Below are positions 1-8,412 of a DNA stretch of 64,000 bases, in pieces. Position numbers and translations under genes: made by a program. Positions within the stretch are counted from its first letter, which is position 1. Each line of letters opens with the position of its first letter. The stretch spans positions 135,920 to 199,919 of the forward strand of contig CAZULS010000001.1 in the NCBI GenBank assembly GCA_964621395.1, written 5' to 3'. The DNA is from an uncultured Candidatus Saccharibacteria bacterium. Its GTDB lineage: Bacteria; Patescibacteriota; Minisyncoccia; Phycocordibacterales; JACNGX01. Below the pieces are notes generated by a model. That model was not told the DNA's origin and did no database searches. It saw only the letters and a list, made by a program, of their open reading frames with translations.

Positions 1-178
1 CTGTTTTCTCTCTTTTGTTGTCAGTCCGTTTCTCCTCGAGAGAGAAAAAGAGGGGAGAGCGACCGAACTTCTTCCGGAAGAGCTCCAAACGAACATCGCC
101 CTAAGCTTTATTGTGTCATTTGTAGGATGGTGGAGCGCTGTGGTACTTTTGGTTATGTACATCTTTGGTTTTTAACCT

Positions 179-227
179 TGCGCGCACGAAAAAAGCAGCC
201 TTTTGGCTGCTTTTTTCGTGCGCGCAA
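179..227. terminator. 21-bp-stem perfect palindrome GCGCGCACGAAAAAAGCAGCC-TTTT-GGCTGCTTTTTTCGTGCGCGC; bidirectional rho-independent terminator
   Basis: Read directly: long GC-rich inverted repeat flanked by T/A runs immediately downstream of the minus-strand DUF378 ORF. Confidence 0.6.
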
Positions 228-232
228 CGCAA

Positions 233-454
233 TTACATCTGCATGGACGAACCAGCACCGTCTTTCTTGGAGAGCGCTACAACAATCATGTAAATTGCCG
301 CAAGCCCCACGATGATGTAGATAATGTCCGCAGCGACACCGCTTCCGAAGATTGCTGCCACGAGATCAAGATCAAACGCGCCGACAAGTCCCCAGTTAAT
401 GCCACCGATGACGGTAAGCACAAGAGCGATCCACTCCATGGCATTGCATTTCAT
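233..454 (-). CDS. Small membrane protein, DUF378-like (MKCNAMEWIALVLTVIGGINWGLVGAFDLDLVAAIFG...)
   Basis: C-terminal 73 aa of the 233..637 minus ORF match the conserved DUF378 pattern (IGGxNWGLVGxFxxDLVAAIFG, two TM helices). Start chosen at MKCNAM; the upstream part of the track ORF looks like read-through. Confidence 0.45.
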   Translation of the reverse strand: MKCNAMEWIALVLTVIGGINWGLVGAFDLDLVAAIFGSGVAADIIYIIVGLAAIYMIVVALSKKDGAGSSMQM

Positions 455-623
455 CATAGTGATATAAAACATGAAAACGAATAATGTTCGACCAACGTAC
501 AATCCCATTATACCAATATAAGACTCATATGACACGTAGGTGTGCATAACGAATATCTCCATACTCGTTTTTTTAACTGTTCTGGTGTAGAATACACCCA
601 TATGTATTATCTTTATTACCACT

Positions 624-1700
624 ATGATTGATATCACTTCTCTTACTCAATACTTTAGCCAGGGTTTTTGGCAATATGCTTGGGCGGGGAATACGCTTGG
701 CGAATATGTCATTGCCTGTATTGTCCTTGTCCTTGGGCTTATTGTGCTCAAATATGTGCAATGGTTTGTCTTGCGTATACTGAAGAAAGGAGCAAAGCAC
801 ACAAAGACAGACATCGATGACACGCTTGTCGATATTGTCGGCAGTATCAGACCACCCTTTTACTCTTTTCTTGCCTTGTATGTGGCCGTGCGTACACTCG
901 CGCTTTCAGATATCGTTGCACGTATCTTTACTGTCATTTTGATTGCGTGGATTGCCTATCAGGTGGTGCTTGCGCTTCAGATTCTGATTGATTATGTGAT
1001 TAAGAAAAAATTCGTTTCCGAAAGTGATGCGGGTGCGCAGGGCGCGGTATCGTTTATGAGCGGACTTTTCAAGGGGGTGCTCTGGGGCATTGCGCTGATT
1101 ATGGTGTTGGGGAATCTTGGTGTGGATGTGACCTCGCTCATCGCGGGCCTCGGTATTGGCGGTATTGCCATTGCATTTGCACTCCAGAATATTCTTTCCG
1201 ATCTCTTTAGCTCGTTCGTGATTCACTTTGACAAACCGTTTGTTATCGGTGATTTTATTATTGTCGGCGAACACATGGGCACGGTGGAGAAAATTGGCAT
1301 CAAAACAACACGCATCCGCGCGCTTCAGGGAGAAGAGATTGTGATTTCCAATCAGGAGCTCACATCCGCGCGCGTGCAGAATTTCAAAAAGATGGAGGAA
1401 CGACGCATTGTTTTTCATCTCGGTGTTACCTATGATACGGATCTGAAGGCGATGCAAGAGATCCCGGATATGGTGAAGAGTGTGATTGACCCTATTGAAG
1501 GCGCACGTTTTGATCGCTGTCATTTCCAAACATTTGCCGATTCAGCGCTTGTCTTTGAGACGGTGTATTATGTACATTCGGGAGATTATGCTCAATACAT
1601 GGACATTCAGCAGACTATGAACATGGCGATTTTGAAAAACTTTAATGATAAGGGAATTGATTTCGCCTTTCCGACACAGACGATTCATATTGAGAAGTAA
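624..1700 (+). CDS. mscS: Small-conductance mechanosensitive channel, MscS family
   Basis: 358 aa; N-terminal TM helices followed by the MscS beta-domain signature (GDFIIVGEHMGTVEKIGIKTTRIRALQGEEIVISNQEL); bidirectional terminator 1725-1775. Confidence 0.8.
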   Translation: MIDITSLTQYFSQGFWQYAWAGNTLGEYVIACIVLVLGLIVLKYVQWFVLRILKKGAKHTKTDIDDTLVDIVGSIRPPFYSFLALYVAVRTLALSDIVARIFTVILIAWIAYQVVLALQILIDYVIKKKFVSESDAGAQGAVSFMSGLFKGVLWGIALIMVLGNLGVDVTSLIAGLGIGGIAIAFALQNILSDLFSSFVIHFDKPFVIGDFIIVGEHMGTVEKIGIKTTRIRALQGEEIVISNQELTSARVQNFKKMEERRIVFHLGVTYDTDLKAMQEIPDMVKSVIDPIEGARFDRCHFQTFADSALVFETVYYVHSGDYAQYMDIQQTMNMAILKNFNDKGIDFAFPTQTIHIEK

Positions 1701-1778
1701 CGAGTTTCGAGACGGCGCGCTCACGCGCGCCGAGAAGAAAAAGCGGGGCGGCCTTTGGTCGCCCCGCTTTTTCCATAC

Positions 1779-2954
1779 CTACCCCTCAATCACATCAAGA
1801 AGCATGTCACGCAGTTCGGGAGCTAGATTTTCCATAAAGAAATCGGCACGTTCTTTGAGATTGCCGGAGAGATAGGTGGAAAGTGCCATGCCGGTATCGG
1901 TAAAGAGTGTGTGATTGATATGCAAAGGTGTGATGGCATTGAGCTCGCGTTCGGAAGTCGTGTCGCCTTCGGAGCTGGTGACCACAATGCCGGCAAGTGT
2001 GCCGGTTGTGATGTCTACAATACCGCCACCGGAAGATCCTTGCTGTGCGGCGATATTGCCCGACACGGCAAAGAGATCAGCCGTGTGTTCGCCGAATGTA
2101 TAGACATCCAACACATGAGTGACAGCGGTGACAGGCCAAAGCTCGCGACTCACGGCGGATCCGCTCAGAAATTCTGCCGGATAGCCGGCAACGAGCATGG
2201 GAAGCCCTTCGGGAATGTCGTCGTTTTTTGCTCGGAGGGAAAGAGCGGGGAAGGAAGAAGGCAGGGGATCATCGGTAATCGATTCGTTGATAAGAAGCAG
2301 GGCAACGTCATATTCACCCGTTCCCAGCGGTCTGTCTTGGACAATCGCCTCGGCGTTTCCGGCAATCCACGAAGAAGAAATAAAGAGCGGTACGGCATCG
2401 TAGGCACGCTCGGCAGGCGCTCCGGTGCGGACGATGCAATCCGTGTATCCGGTGCCGCCCTGTTCTTCTTCAAGGAGGAAATATTGAGCCACATGGGAAT
2501 TGGTAAGGACGATACCGCGAGAATCAATAATCATACCGCTTCCCGACGATGCGCTGATGCTGCTTCCGGTGTGGGTTGTGCAAAAGACGTTTACCAGAGC
2601 GGAACGCGCGGCGACATTGAGTACATCAGTGGGCTGGACATCCGGCGGTGGCGGAGTGCTTTCTTCCGGCTGTAATTGCTCATCTGTTGGGTCGGTGCTT
2701 GTGGCAGGCTCGGCGGCATGGGGAGTATCGTTTGCCGTATGCGGATGTTGTTGGGAGGGGGACTGCTGATATCGTTCGGAAGGAGACGGCGGTGTGTTGA
2801 GGGTGTGTTCGGAGCGTGGTGTTTCGGCTATGGGTCCTTTGGGAGGCGAGAAAGAATTGGTATCGGCAATACCGATAGATGCCAGAAGTTGCATTGTTGC
2901 GGCAATGACGATAACAAGAATTTCTTTTGCAATGTGGATAAGCTCTTCAAGCAT
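1779..2954 (-). CDS. Trypsin-like (S1 family) serine protease with N-terminal TM anchor and Pro/Ser/Thr-rich linker
   Basis: Catalytic triad context TNSHV ... YDVALL ... GSSGGGIV (GxSGG serine motif); N-terminal hydrophobic segment then low-complexity P/S/T-rich region. Confidence 0.7.
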   Translation of the reverse strand: MLEELIHIAKEILVIVIAATMQLLASIGIADTNSFSPPKGPIAETPRSEHTLNTPPSPSERYQQSPSQQHPHTANDTPHAAEPATSTDPTDEQLQPEESTPPPPDVQPTDVLNVAARSALVNVFCTTHTGSSISASSGSGMIIDSRGIVLTNSHVAQYFLLEEEQGGTGYTDCIVRTGAPAERAYDAVPLFISSSWIAGNAEAIVQDRPLGTGEYDVALLLINESITDDPLPSSFPALSLRAKNDDIPEGLPMLVAGYPAEFLSGSAVSRELWPVTAVTHVLDVYTFGEHTADLFAVSGNIAAQQGSSGGGIVDITTGTLAGIVVTSSEGDTTSERELNAITPLHINHTLFTDTGMALSTYLSGNLKERADFFMENLAPELRDMLLDVIEG

Positions 2955-3261
2955 GGCGCTATTATACGTTTTTTGCGTGAAATACGCGAATATTTGACAT
3001 ATTTATACATGCGTGATGTAGTCTTGACTTTTATTGAGGAGCGGTATAGAATGGGGGAGTAAATGTACAGCTTTCGGGCTGTCATTTTCATCAAAGGTCC
3101 CTTGGGCTTTTGCCCTCATATTTTTTGGCAGTAAGTATTTTAGGCTTACTTTATGGAAGATAATGTAATGAATCCGGTAGATGATCAGCAGAATGATGCT
3201 GCTCAGCCGGCAGAAGGAGAAACTCCTGAAGCTACTGAAGAGTCAGCTGAATAGTCTCCTC

Positions 3262-3298
3262 ACACAACCCGCCTCTGGCGGGTTGTGTGTTTTTTTGG
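3262..3298 (+). terminator. Rho-independent terminator CACACAACCCGCC-TCTG-GCGGGTTGTGTG + T7
   Basis: Perfect 13-bp stem followed by a T-run, immediately after a 33-aa acidic mini-ORF (3153..3254). Confidence 0.6.
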
Positions 3299-3451
3299 TA
3301 GGATAGTGCAACAAACGATAAACCCTAGAGCACGCAAGTGTGCTCGGGCGAAGCGATAAACGCGGCGGATGTCGCAAAGCGACATCCTCCGCGATGATAA
3401 ACTTTCTCTTCGTTGTCATTCCCGGCTTGAATGGGAATCCAAAGCCCTAAT

Positions 3452-3550
3452 CCAGCCCCACACTGATGTGTTTCAGGATAAAATAAACTGATCAGTAGAG
3501 ATACTACCGGATACAGAATTATGTCTCTGGACACATAAGTGTGGGGCTGG
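3452..3550. repeat. Family-E MITE-like element (TIR CCAGCCCCACAC ... GTGTGGGGCTGG), with a family-A GTCATTCC hairpin at 3414-3445
   Basis: Inverted termini read directly; related TIR-bounded copies at 16063-16168, 34975-35095, 49845-49965. Confidence 0.55.
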
Positions 3551-3591
3551 ACGGGCATGTCCTAAACCAGGCGTAGCCTGGTCGGACAAGA

Positions 3592-3662
3592 GCGGGTATA
3601 GTTTAGTGGTAGAATATCTGCCTTCCAAGCAGAGGACGGGAGTTCGATTCTCCCTACCCGCA
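3592..3662 (+). tRNA. tRNA-Gly (anticodon UCC)
   Basis: GCGGGTA acceptor stem pairs with TACCCGC; D-loop AGTTTAGTGGTAGAA; anticodon stem TCTGC/GCAGA with loop CTTCCAA giving anticodon TCC; T-arm GGGAGTTCGATTCTCCC; discriminator A; no encoded CCA. Confidence 0.9.
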
Positions 3663-4308
3663 CAGCCAAAGCGAACCGCCATGAAGGGGCGGTTTTCGCT
3701 TTGAGCTGTGCGGGTAGAATGCCACACCTCATACGCATATGGAGTTTTTGGAAGTATGGAATAATGCAAGAAAGTAAAGATGTGTGGGGACAATATCTCT
3801 TGTGAGGTGTGGCATGTGGAGAATCGAACCAAACACAACTTTCACTGATTATTTTGATTGGTTAATTAAATGTTAGAGATTTTTCTTAACGAGAAGTAGC
3901 TATTTTCGGTTATAAGTGAAAGTGGTGTTCGGCGCCCAAGAGTACTTAGCGGATTGCGAATACTTGGAGCAATACGCTTAGTAACTCTGGGACGATTCTC
4001 CCTACCCGCACCACTTCGCCGAGCACCACTTCCGAAAGGAAGTGGTGCTCGGCTTCGCGGCGTCCGTCCTGCATAGCTTTAGCGACGTAGGGCAAGCACC
4101 ACCAACAGCGTGTATATCATATAATCGCGAAGTGGCCCTGCAGAGCCTCGGCGACGTGGGGCATGTAAGACTGTGAGCCGCGCCTGCCTGCCGGCAGGCA
4201 GGTCCAGCAGCACTTTATAAAATACGAGCTCTCAGGCGAAGTATTTTACTTAGTAACTCTGGGACGATTCTCCCAAAATAAAAGCCGGCTTCTGCCGGCT
4301 TCTGCCCT

Positions 4309-4686
4309 CTATTTTCTGGGAGCAGGTATAGGGTACAAGGCTGCTAATTCGGGAGAAAATTGTGCTGACGAGACTGCCACCCAACCCCCCTCTTCAATAA
4401 TGAATCCAAGGATAGGTTTCGTATCGCCTTCTTTTCTGAATATTCCCACAGCCAAGTCACCGTCTCTCACATCTCCGCCTTGCCAGGCTCGTGTGAAGAA
4501 ACCCTCGAATTCTTTTTCGTAACCAAGCTCACATACTTTTTCCCATATAGACACGGCATGCCATCCGTGTATGTGGTAAGCTTCTGAGGGATTATTCAAA
4601 TCTCGGATAAATTTAACCCCTAAATGTGCGATGGCTAACATTTTTACTATCCTCCTAGATTGATTTTGTGTTTTATTATCCATCAT
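4309..4686 (-). CDS. Hypothetical protein (accessory islet next to tRNA-Gly)
   Basis: 125-aa ORF with no recognisable motif; start may be internal (MLAIAHLG). Confidence 0.3.
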   Translation of the reverse strand: MMDNKTQNQSRRIVKMLAIAHLGVKFIRDLNNPSEAYHIHGWHAVSIWEKVCELGYEKEFEGFFTRAWQGGDVRDGDLAVGIFRKEGDTKPILGFIIEEGGWVAVSSAQFSPELAALYPIPAPRK

Positions 4687-4698
4687 TTTTCCCCTTCC

Positions 4699-5070
4699 TT
4701 AATTTTTTACATATTTCCGTTCGTTCAGAAAATGGTTGGCCGCTGCCCCAATAAGCCAAATTGAGGGAAGTAATATTGCTGCAATGGTGGCAGTGAGAAT
4801 AGATACATAGGATTTCTCTGTAGTGGTTACAGTTATAAATATTATTCCAGACGCAACTATGCCCACATAGCTGGCATTCCTGAGTTGTTTTAAAGTTCCC
4901 GTTTTCATTTTGGGCATGAATACGAGCGAAAAGAGCATTGTGATGATATAGAGTATGATGATTTCCATTTTCCCTCCGTTTTTGTTCAAGTACAAGTTAC
5001 ATAAAGAAATATTTCCTGCCCGCATAATTGCACAAGTTTGACATCTGTTCAAAGAAGTGCTGCAAAACAT
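4699..5070 (-). CDS. Hypothetical small membrane protein
   Basis: 123-aa ORF; several hydrophobic helices (IIILYIITMLFSLVF, IVASGIIFITV, ILTATIAAILLPSIWLIGAAA); 13-bp gap to the upstream ORF. Confidence 0.3.
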   Translation of the reverse strand: MFCSTSLNRCQTCAIMRAGNISLCNLYLNKNGGKMEIIILYIITMLFSLVFMPKMKTGTLKQLRNASYVGIVASGIIFITVTTTEKSYVSILTATIAAILLPSIWLIGAAANHFLNERKYVKN

Positions 5071-5124
5071 TCATTTTATAAACAAATAGTTGAAAAATAG
5101 CACAAAGAGATGTATGGTTGAAAT

Positions 5125-5967
5125 ATGCTTTCATTCTATAAGGGAATTGAAAATGATATCATTGCTCATCTCACAGAAGGGCCGCTTCCGGCAAAAACAC
5201 TGGTGAAAACGATTGTCGCTGAGCGAGGAGTGACCGACCAGGGCGTGTATAAGGCGCTGAAATATCTTATCGACGGAGAGGTGGTGACGAAAGAAAAGCG
5301 GTCTGTTGGTTTATCGCATGCATGGGTGGAGCGCCTTGTTGCTTTTGCTGACGATGTGGCTCGAAAATATGAAATGAGTGACATGAACGATTTTCTCCGC
5401 CTCAACGACAAAGAGAAAGTATCATATACGTTTACTGAATATTTTAAATCCGATATCCATTGGGCACATATCTTTTTTCTCCTTGCCAAGCGGACTGATG
5501 CGCCGATTTTTCTCCTTTCTCCACACAATTGGTTTATTATTGCGCGTCCGGATACCGAGTCGGTTTTGTATGATTGGGCTAATCGTTCAAAACGGCATAT
5601 GTACACGCTCACAAAAGGTAATACCGCACTTGATCGTGCTGCACAAGCTACAATTGAAAGTGATTTTGTGCACTTTTATCACGATGAAGAGATGAGCACG
5701 CCGCTCAATCGCTTTGTAACAGTTATCGGTGATTTTATTTTTGAATTCATCATTCCGGAACGCATTGCCGACACAATGGAAGAATATTATGCAACATACA
5801 CCGAGTTTAATGAGGAAAGTATCGGTGCATTCCGCGCGCTCAGCGATACAAAGTGGCCGGCAAAATTTACCGTTGAAAAAAATGCGAAAAAAGCACTTAA
5901 ACTCCGCCGGCGCATAGCCAAAGATTTTTTCATTCCGGCAGACGTAAAGGAGAAGTGGCTGACCTGA
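5125..5967 (+). CDS. Hypothetical protein, possible N-terminal winged-helix domain
   Basis: 280-aa ORF; the N-terminal approx 70 aa have a wHTH-like pattern; no catalytic motif recognised. Confidence 0.3.
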   Translation: MLSFYKGIENDIIAHLTEGPLPAKTLVKTIVAERGVTDQGVYKALKYLIDGEVVTKEKRSVGLSHAWVERLVAFADDVARKYEMSDMNDFLRLNDKEKVSYTFTEYFKSDIHWAHIFFLLAKRTDAPIFLLSPHNWFIIARPDTESVLYDWANRSKRHMYTLTKGNTALDRAAQATIESDFVHFYHDEEMSTPLNRFVTVIGDFIFEFIIPERIADTMEEYYATYTEFNEESIGAFRALSDTKWPAKFTVEKNAKKALKLRRRIAKDFFIPADVKEKWLT

Positions 5968-6034
5968 GTATATATGTCAAGAAGTTATACACAGTGTGCT
6001 TGACTTTTTTACATAGTTCGCATAAAATGTCATT

Positions 6035-6742
6035 ATGACCAAGAACACACATAAAGAATTGATGTCCACTATCAAATCGTTGCGGACCGAGAAAGGATTC
6101 TCGCAGGAGCAGACAGCTTCTGCTATCGGCGTTTCGCGCCCGACCTATACAGCCATTGAAGCAGGTAAGCAAAAACTTGATGTTGAAGAGGCGAAAAAGC
6201 TCGCGGTGTTTTTAGGTATTGATGTTGAAGATATCGTGTATGAAGATGTGTCGAATTTGGAAAAGTATAAACACATGATTCTTGCATATCTTCGCGCAAA
6301 GGTGTCGGACGATGGAAAGGTGACAAAGACGAAACTTGCCAAACTCTTGTATCTGGCTGATTTTGCGTGGTATTACGATCACATGAAAAGTATGAGTGGT
6401 ATGCGATATCGTCGTTTACAGTATGGTCCGGTACCAGACATGTTTTTTCGCGCACTCGCGGAGCTTGAAGACAGTGGGAAGATTGTTGTGGAACGGAAAG
6501 ATATGGAGGAAAGAGAAATGTTTCTTATTAGCGAATCTGAGAGCAACAAGAACGATCCTCTTGAGAAGGTGGGAACTGATGAGGTTTCCCTTATTAAGAG
6601 CATCGCAAAAAAGTGGAAAGATAAAAAAACGCAAGATATTGTGACTTTCACACATAATCAATTGCCATATCGGATTTGTCGTGATAATGAGATTATCCCT
6701 TATGAGCTCATCACACAGGAGGATTCCGACCTGGTGTATTAG
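6035..6742 (+). CDS. Antitoxin candidate: N-terminal XRE-family HTH + C-terminal Panacea (DUF4065/SocA-like) domain
   Basis: HTH: LRTEKGFSQEQTASAIGVSRPTYTAIEAGKQKL. Panacea-like core: TKLAKLLYLADFAWYYDHMKSMSGMRYRRLQYGPVPDMFFRAL (KLLYLAD ... Y.YGPV pattern). Downstream ORF starts 4 nt after its stop. Confidence 0.55.
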   Translation: MTKNTHKELMSTIKSLRTEKGFSQEQTASAIGVSRPTYTAIEAGKQKLDVEEAKKLAVFLGIDVEDIVYEDVSNLEKYKHMILAYLRAKVSDDGKVTKTKLAKLLYLADFAWYYDHMKSMSGMRYRRLQYGPVPDMFFRALAELEDSGKIVVERKDMEEREMFLISESESNKNDPLEKVGTDEVSLIKSIAKKWKDKKTQDIVTFTHNQLPYRICRDNEIIPYELITQEDSDLVY

Positions 6743-6745
6743 GGT

Positions 6746-7150
6746 ATGCCAGGGACATGTTCTGTTACAATTGAATCTTTTGCGGAAAGTCATTATGTGA
6801 AGACGTTTGAAAAGAGGCACAAGTGGCACTGGGATGTAACTCGTCGCGCCATTATCGCCGAGCTTGAACGTATTGAAGCACTTCTTCTCACCGACAAGGC
6901 GGATTGTATTTGTGAGCAGGATGGTGTTGCCATTGTAAAAGTGGATTTCAAGGTGGCGGGAACAAAAGGGTCAGCAAAAAAGTCCGGTAACAGATGTATT
7001 GTTGCGTGGCATAAAGATAATGAAAAAGTCTCTATACTTTTGTTATACGGAAAGACAAATTTGCCAGGTAGAGGGAAAAATGAGACCGCGGTATGGAAAA
7101 AGATGGTGAGAGAGCAGTATCCCGAATATAGATATTTGCTAAAGAGCTAG
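6746..7150 (+). CDS. Toxin candidate partnered with the Panacea-domain antitoxin; weak RelE/ParE-superfamily-like C-terminus
   Basis: 134 aa; operonic with 6035..6742 (4-nt gap); C-terminal KSGNRCIVAWHKDNEKVSILLLYGK resembles the RelE/ParE beta-strand core (g.yR.iy.v ... v.il.i.h); otherwise unassigned. Confidence 0.35.
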   Translation: MPGTCSVTIESFAESHYVKTFEKRHKWHWDVTRRAIIAELERIEALLLTDKADCICEQDGVAIVKVDFKVAGTKGSAKKSGNRCIVAWHKDNEKVSILLLYGKTNLPGRGKNETAVWKKMVREQYPEYRYLLKS

Positions 7151-7282
7151 CACGCTTATTTTGCTTGCACCCGACCCGCAAATATGCTTAAATAGTGGGC
7201 ACAACGAAAGAAAGGGGATTTTGGCGTCTGGCTGGACTCTTTTTATTTTCTTTTTTATTTCTGACTTTTGATTTTCAGTCCT

Positions 7283-7372
7283 ATGGGAACTTCGTTAAAG
7301 AACAAACGCAAAAGTGTGAAGCGTCGTCGTCGCAAGAAAATGCGTCGTCAGAATCGCTTTAAGAACAAATAA
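7283..7372 (+). CDS. 29-aa highly basic peptide, possible bS22-like ribosomal protein (MGTSLKNKRKSVKRRRRKKMRRQNRFKNK)
   Basis: Not in ORF track (<60 aa). ATG 7283, TAA 7370-7372, immediately followed by terminator AAACCGCC-CTCGAG-GGCGGTTT + T-run (7375-7410). Composition and length resemble the ~30-aa actinobacterial/bacteroidete bS22. Confidence 0.35.
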   Translation: MGTSLKNKRKSVKRRRRKKMRRQNRFKNK

Positions 7373-7374
7373 CG

Positions 7375-7410
7375 CAAAACCGCCCTCGAGGCGGTTTTGC
7401 GTTATTTGTT
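7375..7410 (+). terminator. Rho-independent terminator after the basic mini-ORF
   Basis: AAACCGCCCTCGAGGCGGTTT hairpin + TTGCGTTATTTGTT. Confidence 0.6.
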
Positions 7411-7551
7411 CAGGAATATGAAAAACGAAATATGGAATATGGTGTACGGCGTAGCTTCGCTCTGTCGCACGCTCGAAACTCGAAACTTGACTCTCGAAAC
7501 TCAACGAAAAAACTCCGCGGTGCGGAGTTTTTTCGTAAGTGGGTGATGCGT

Positions 7552-7824
7552 TTATTTCACCGCATCCTTGAGGGCTTTCGCCGCACGGAACTTCGGTACG
7601 CGCTGCGCGGGAACCTGAACGGCTTCACCGGTGCGCGGATTGCGTGCCGTGCGTGCCGCACGCATCTTTGCCGAGAAGATGCCGAGACCCGCGATGGACA
7701 CTTCGTCGCCCGCCTTCAGCGTGTCAACGATTGCATCAAGCATTGCGTCTACGGCGCGTTCAGCGTCCGCTTTGGTGCTGCCGGTTTTTTCCGCAACAAC
7801 ATCAACGATAGCTGCTTTATTCAT
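7552..7824 (-). CDS. hup: HU family DNA-binding protein
   Basis: 90 aa from MNKAAIVDVVAEKTGSTKADAERAVDAMLDAIV ... GLGIFSAKMRAARTARNPRTGEAVQVPAQRVPKFRAAKALKDAV; canonical HU/IHF arm motif RNPRTGE. The track ORF 7552..7896 has a 24-aa N-terminal over-extension. Confidence 0.85.
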   Translation of the reverse strand: MNKAAIVDVVAEKTGSTKADAERAVDAMLDAIVDTLKAGDEVSIAGLGIFSAKMRAARTARNPRTGEAVQVPAQRVPKFRAAKALKDAVK

Positions 7825-8380
7825 GGGATGTATTTCAAGAGAATATCTCTTGTACGTTAGTCGGGTAAAATCGACCTCGTCGAGTATATTTTCCAATCAT
7901 CCTTGCGGACGTTATTGAGAAATAGACTCCTTTCAATCCCGGAAACGGGTTCGCTTCCTATAAAACATTATAAAACAATGCTTTTTACGGGGACAATCTT
8001 GACATGTGAATAAGATGTTGCATGAGTTTTGGGGACAGTGTTGAAAATAAAGGATAAATTGCAAATAATTCGTTTTTTGTGTTTACGCAACGTATATTTT
8101 AGGCAGAAATTGTCCACCACACACCACTTTTTATGAGCGAGCGTCTTGCGGTAGTGTATTTCACGAAACGAGCATCTTTTGTATCGTTGGTTTGCGCATT
8201 GTGAAAAGATGGTGTGCGGTACGCGCTAAAACAAAAACGCCCTGACGGGTCTTTGAAAAGGAGGCATACCACACACCACTTTATATTGGACAACGTGAGA
8301 AGGTTTTTCGTGTATATGTAACATAAGTATTTTTATGGTTATTTGAGTGTATTAAAAGATGGTGTGCGGTACGCGCGATA

Positions 8381-8412
8381 AAGAAAAGCCCTTTCGGGCT
8401 TTTCTTTATCGC
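8381..8412. terminator. 19-bp-stem perfect palindrome GCGCGATAAAGAAAAGCCC-TTTC-GGGCTTTTCTTTATCGCGC, bidirectional terminator downstream of rny
   Basis: Read directly; the stop of rny (8406) is embedded in the stem flank. Confidence 0.6.

Noticed and set aside
3813-3840. tRNA T-arm-like sequence GGTTCGATTCTCCAC on the minus strand
   Set aside because: No complete cloverleaf can be folded around it (no acceptor or anticodon stems). Probably a tRNA fragment or scar related to the integration-site repeats, not a gene.
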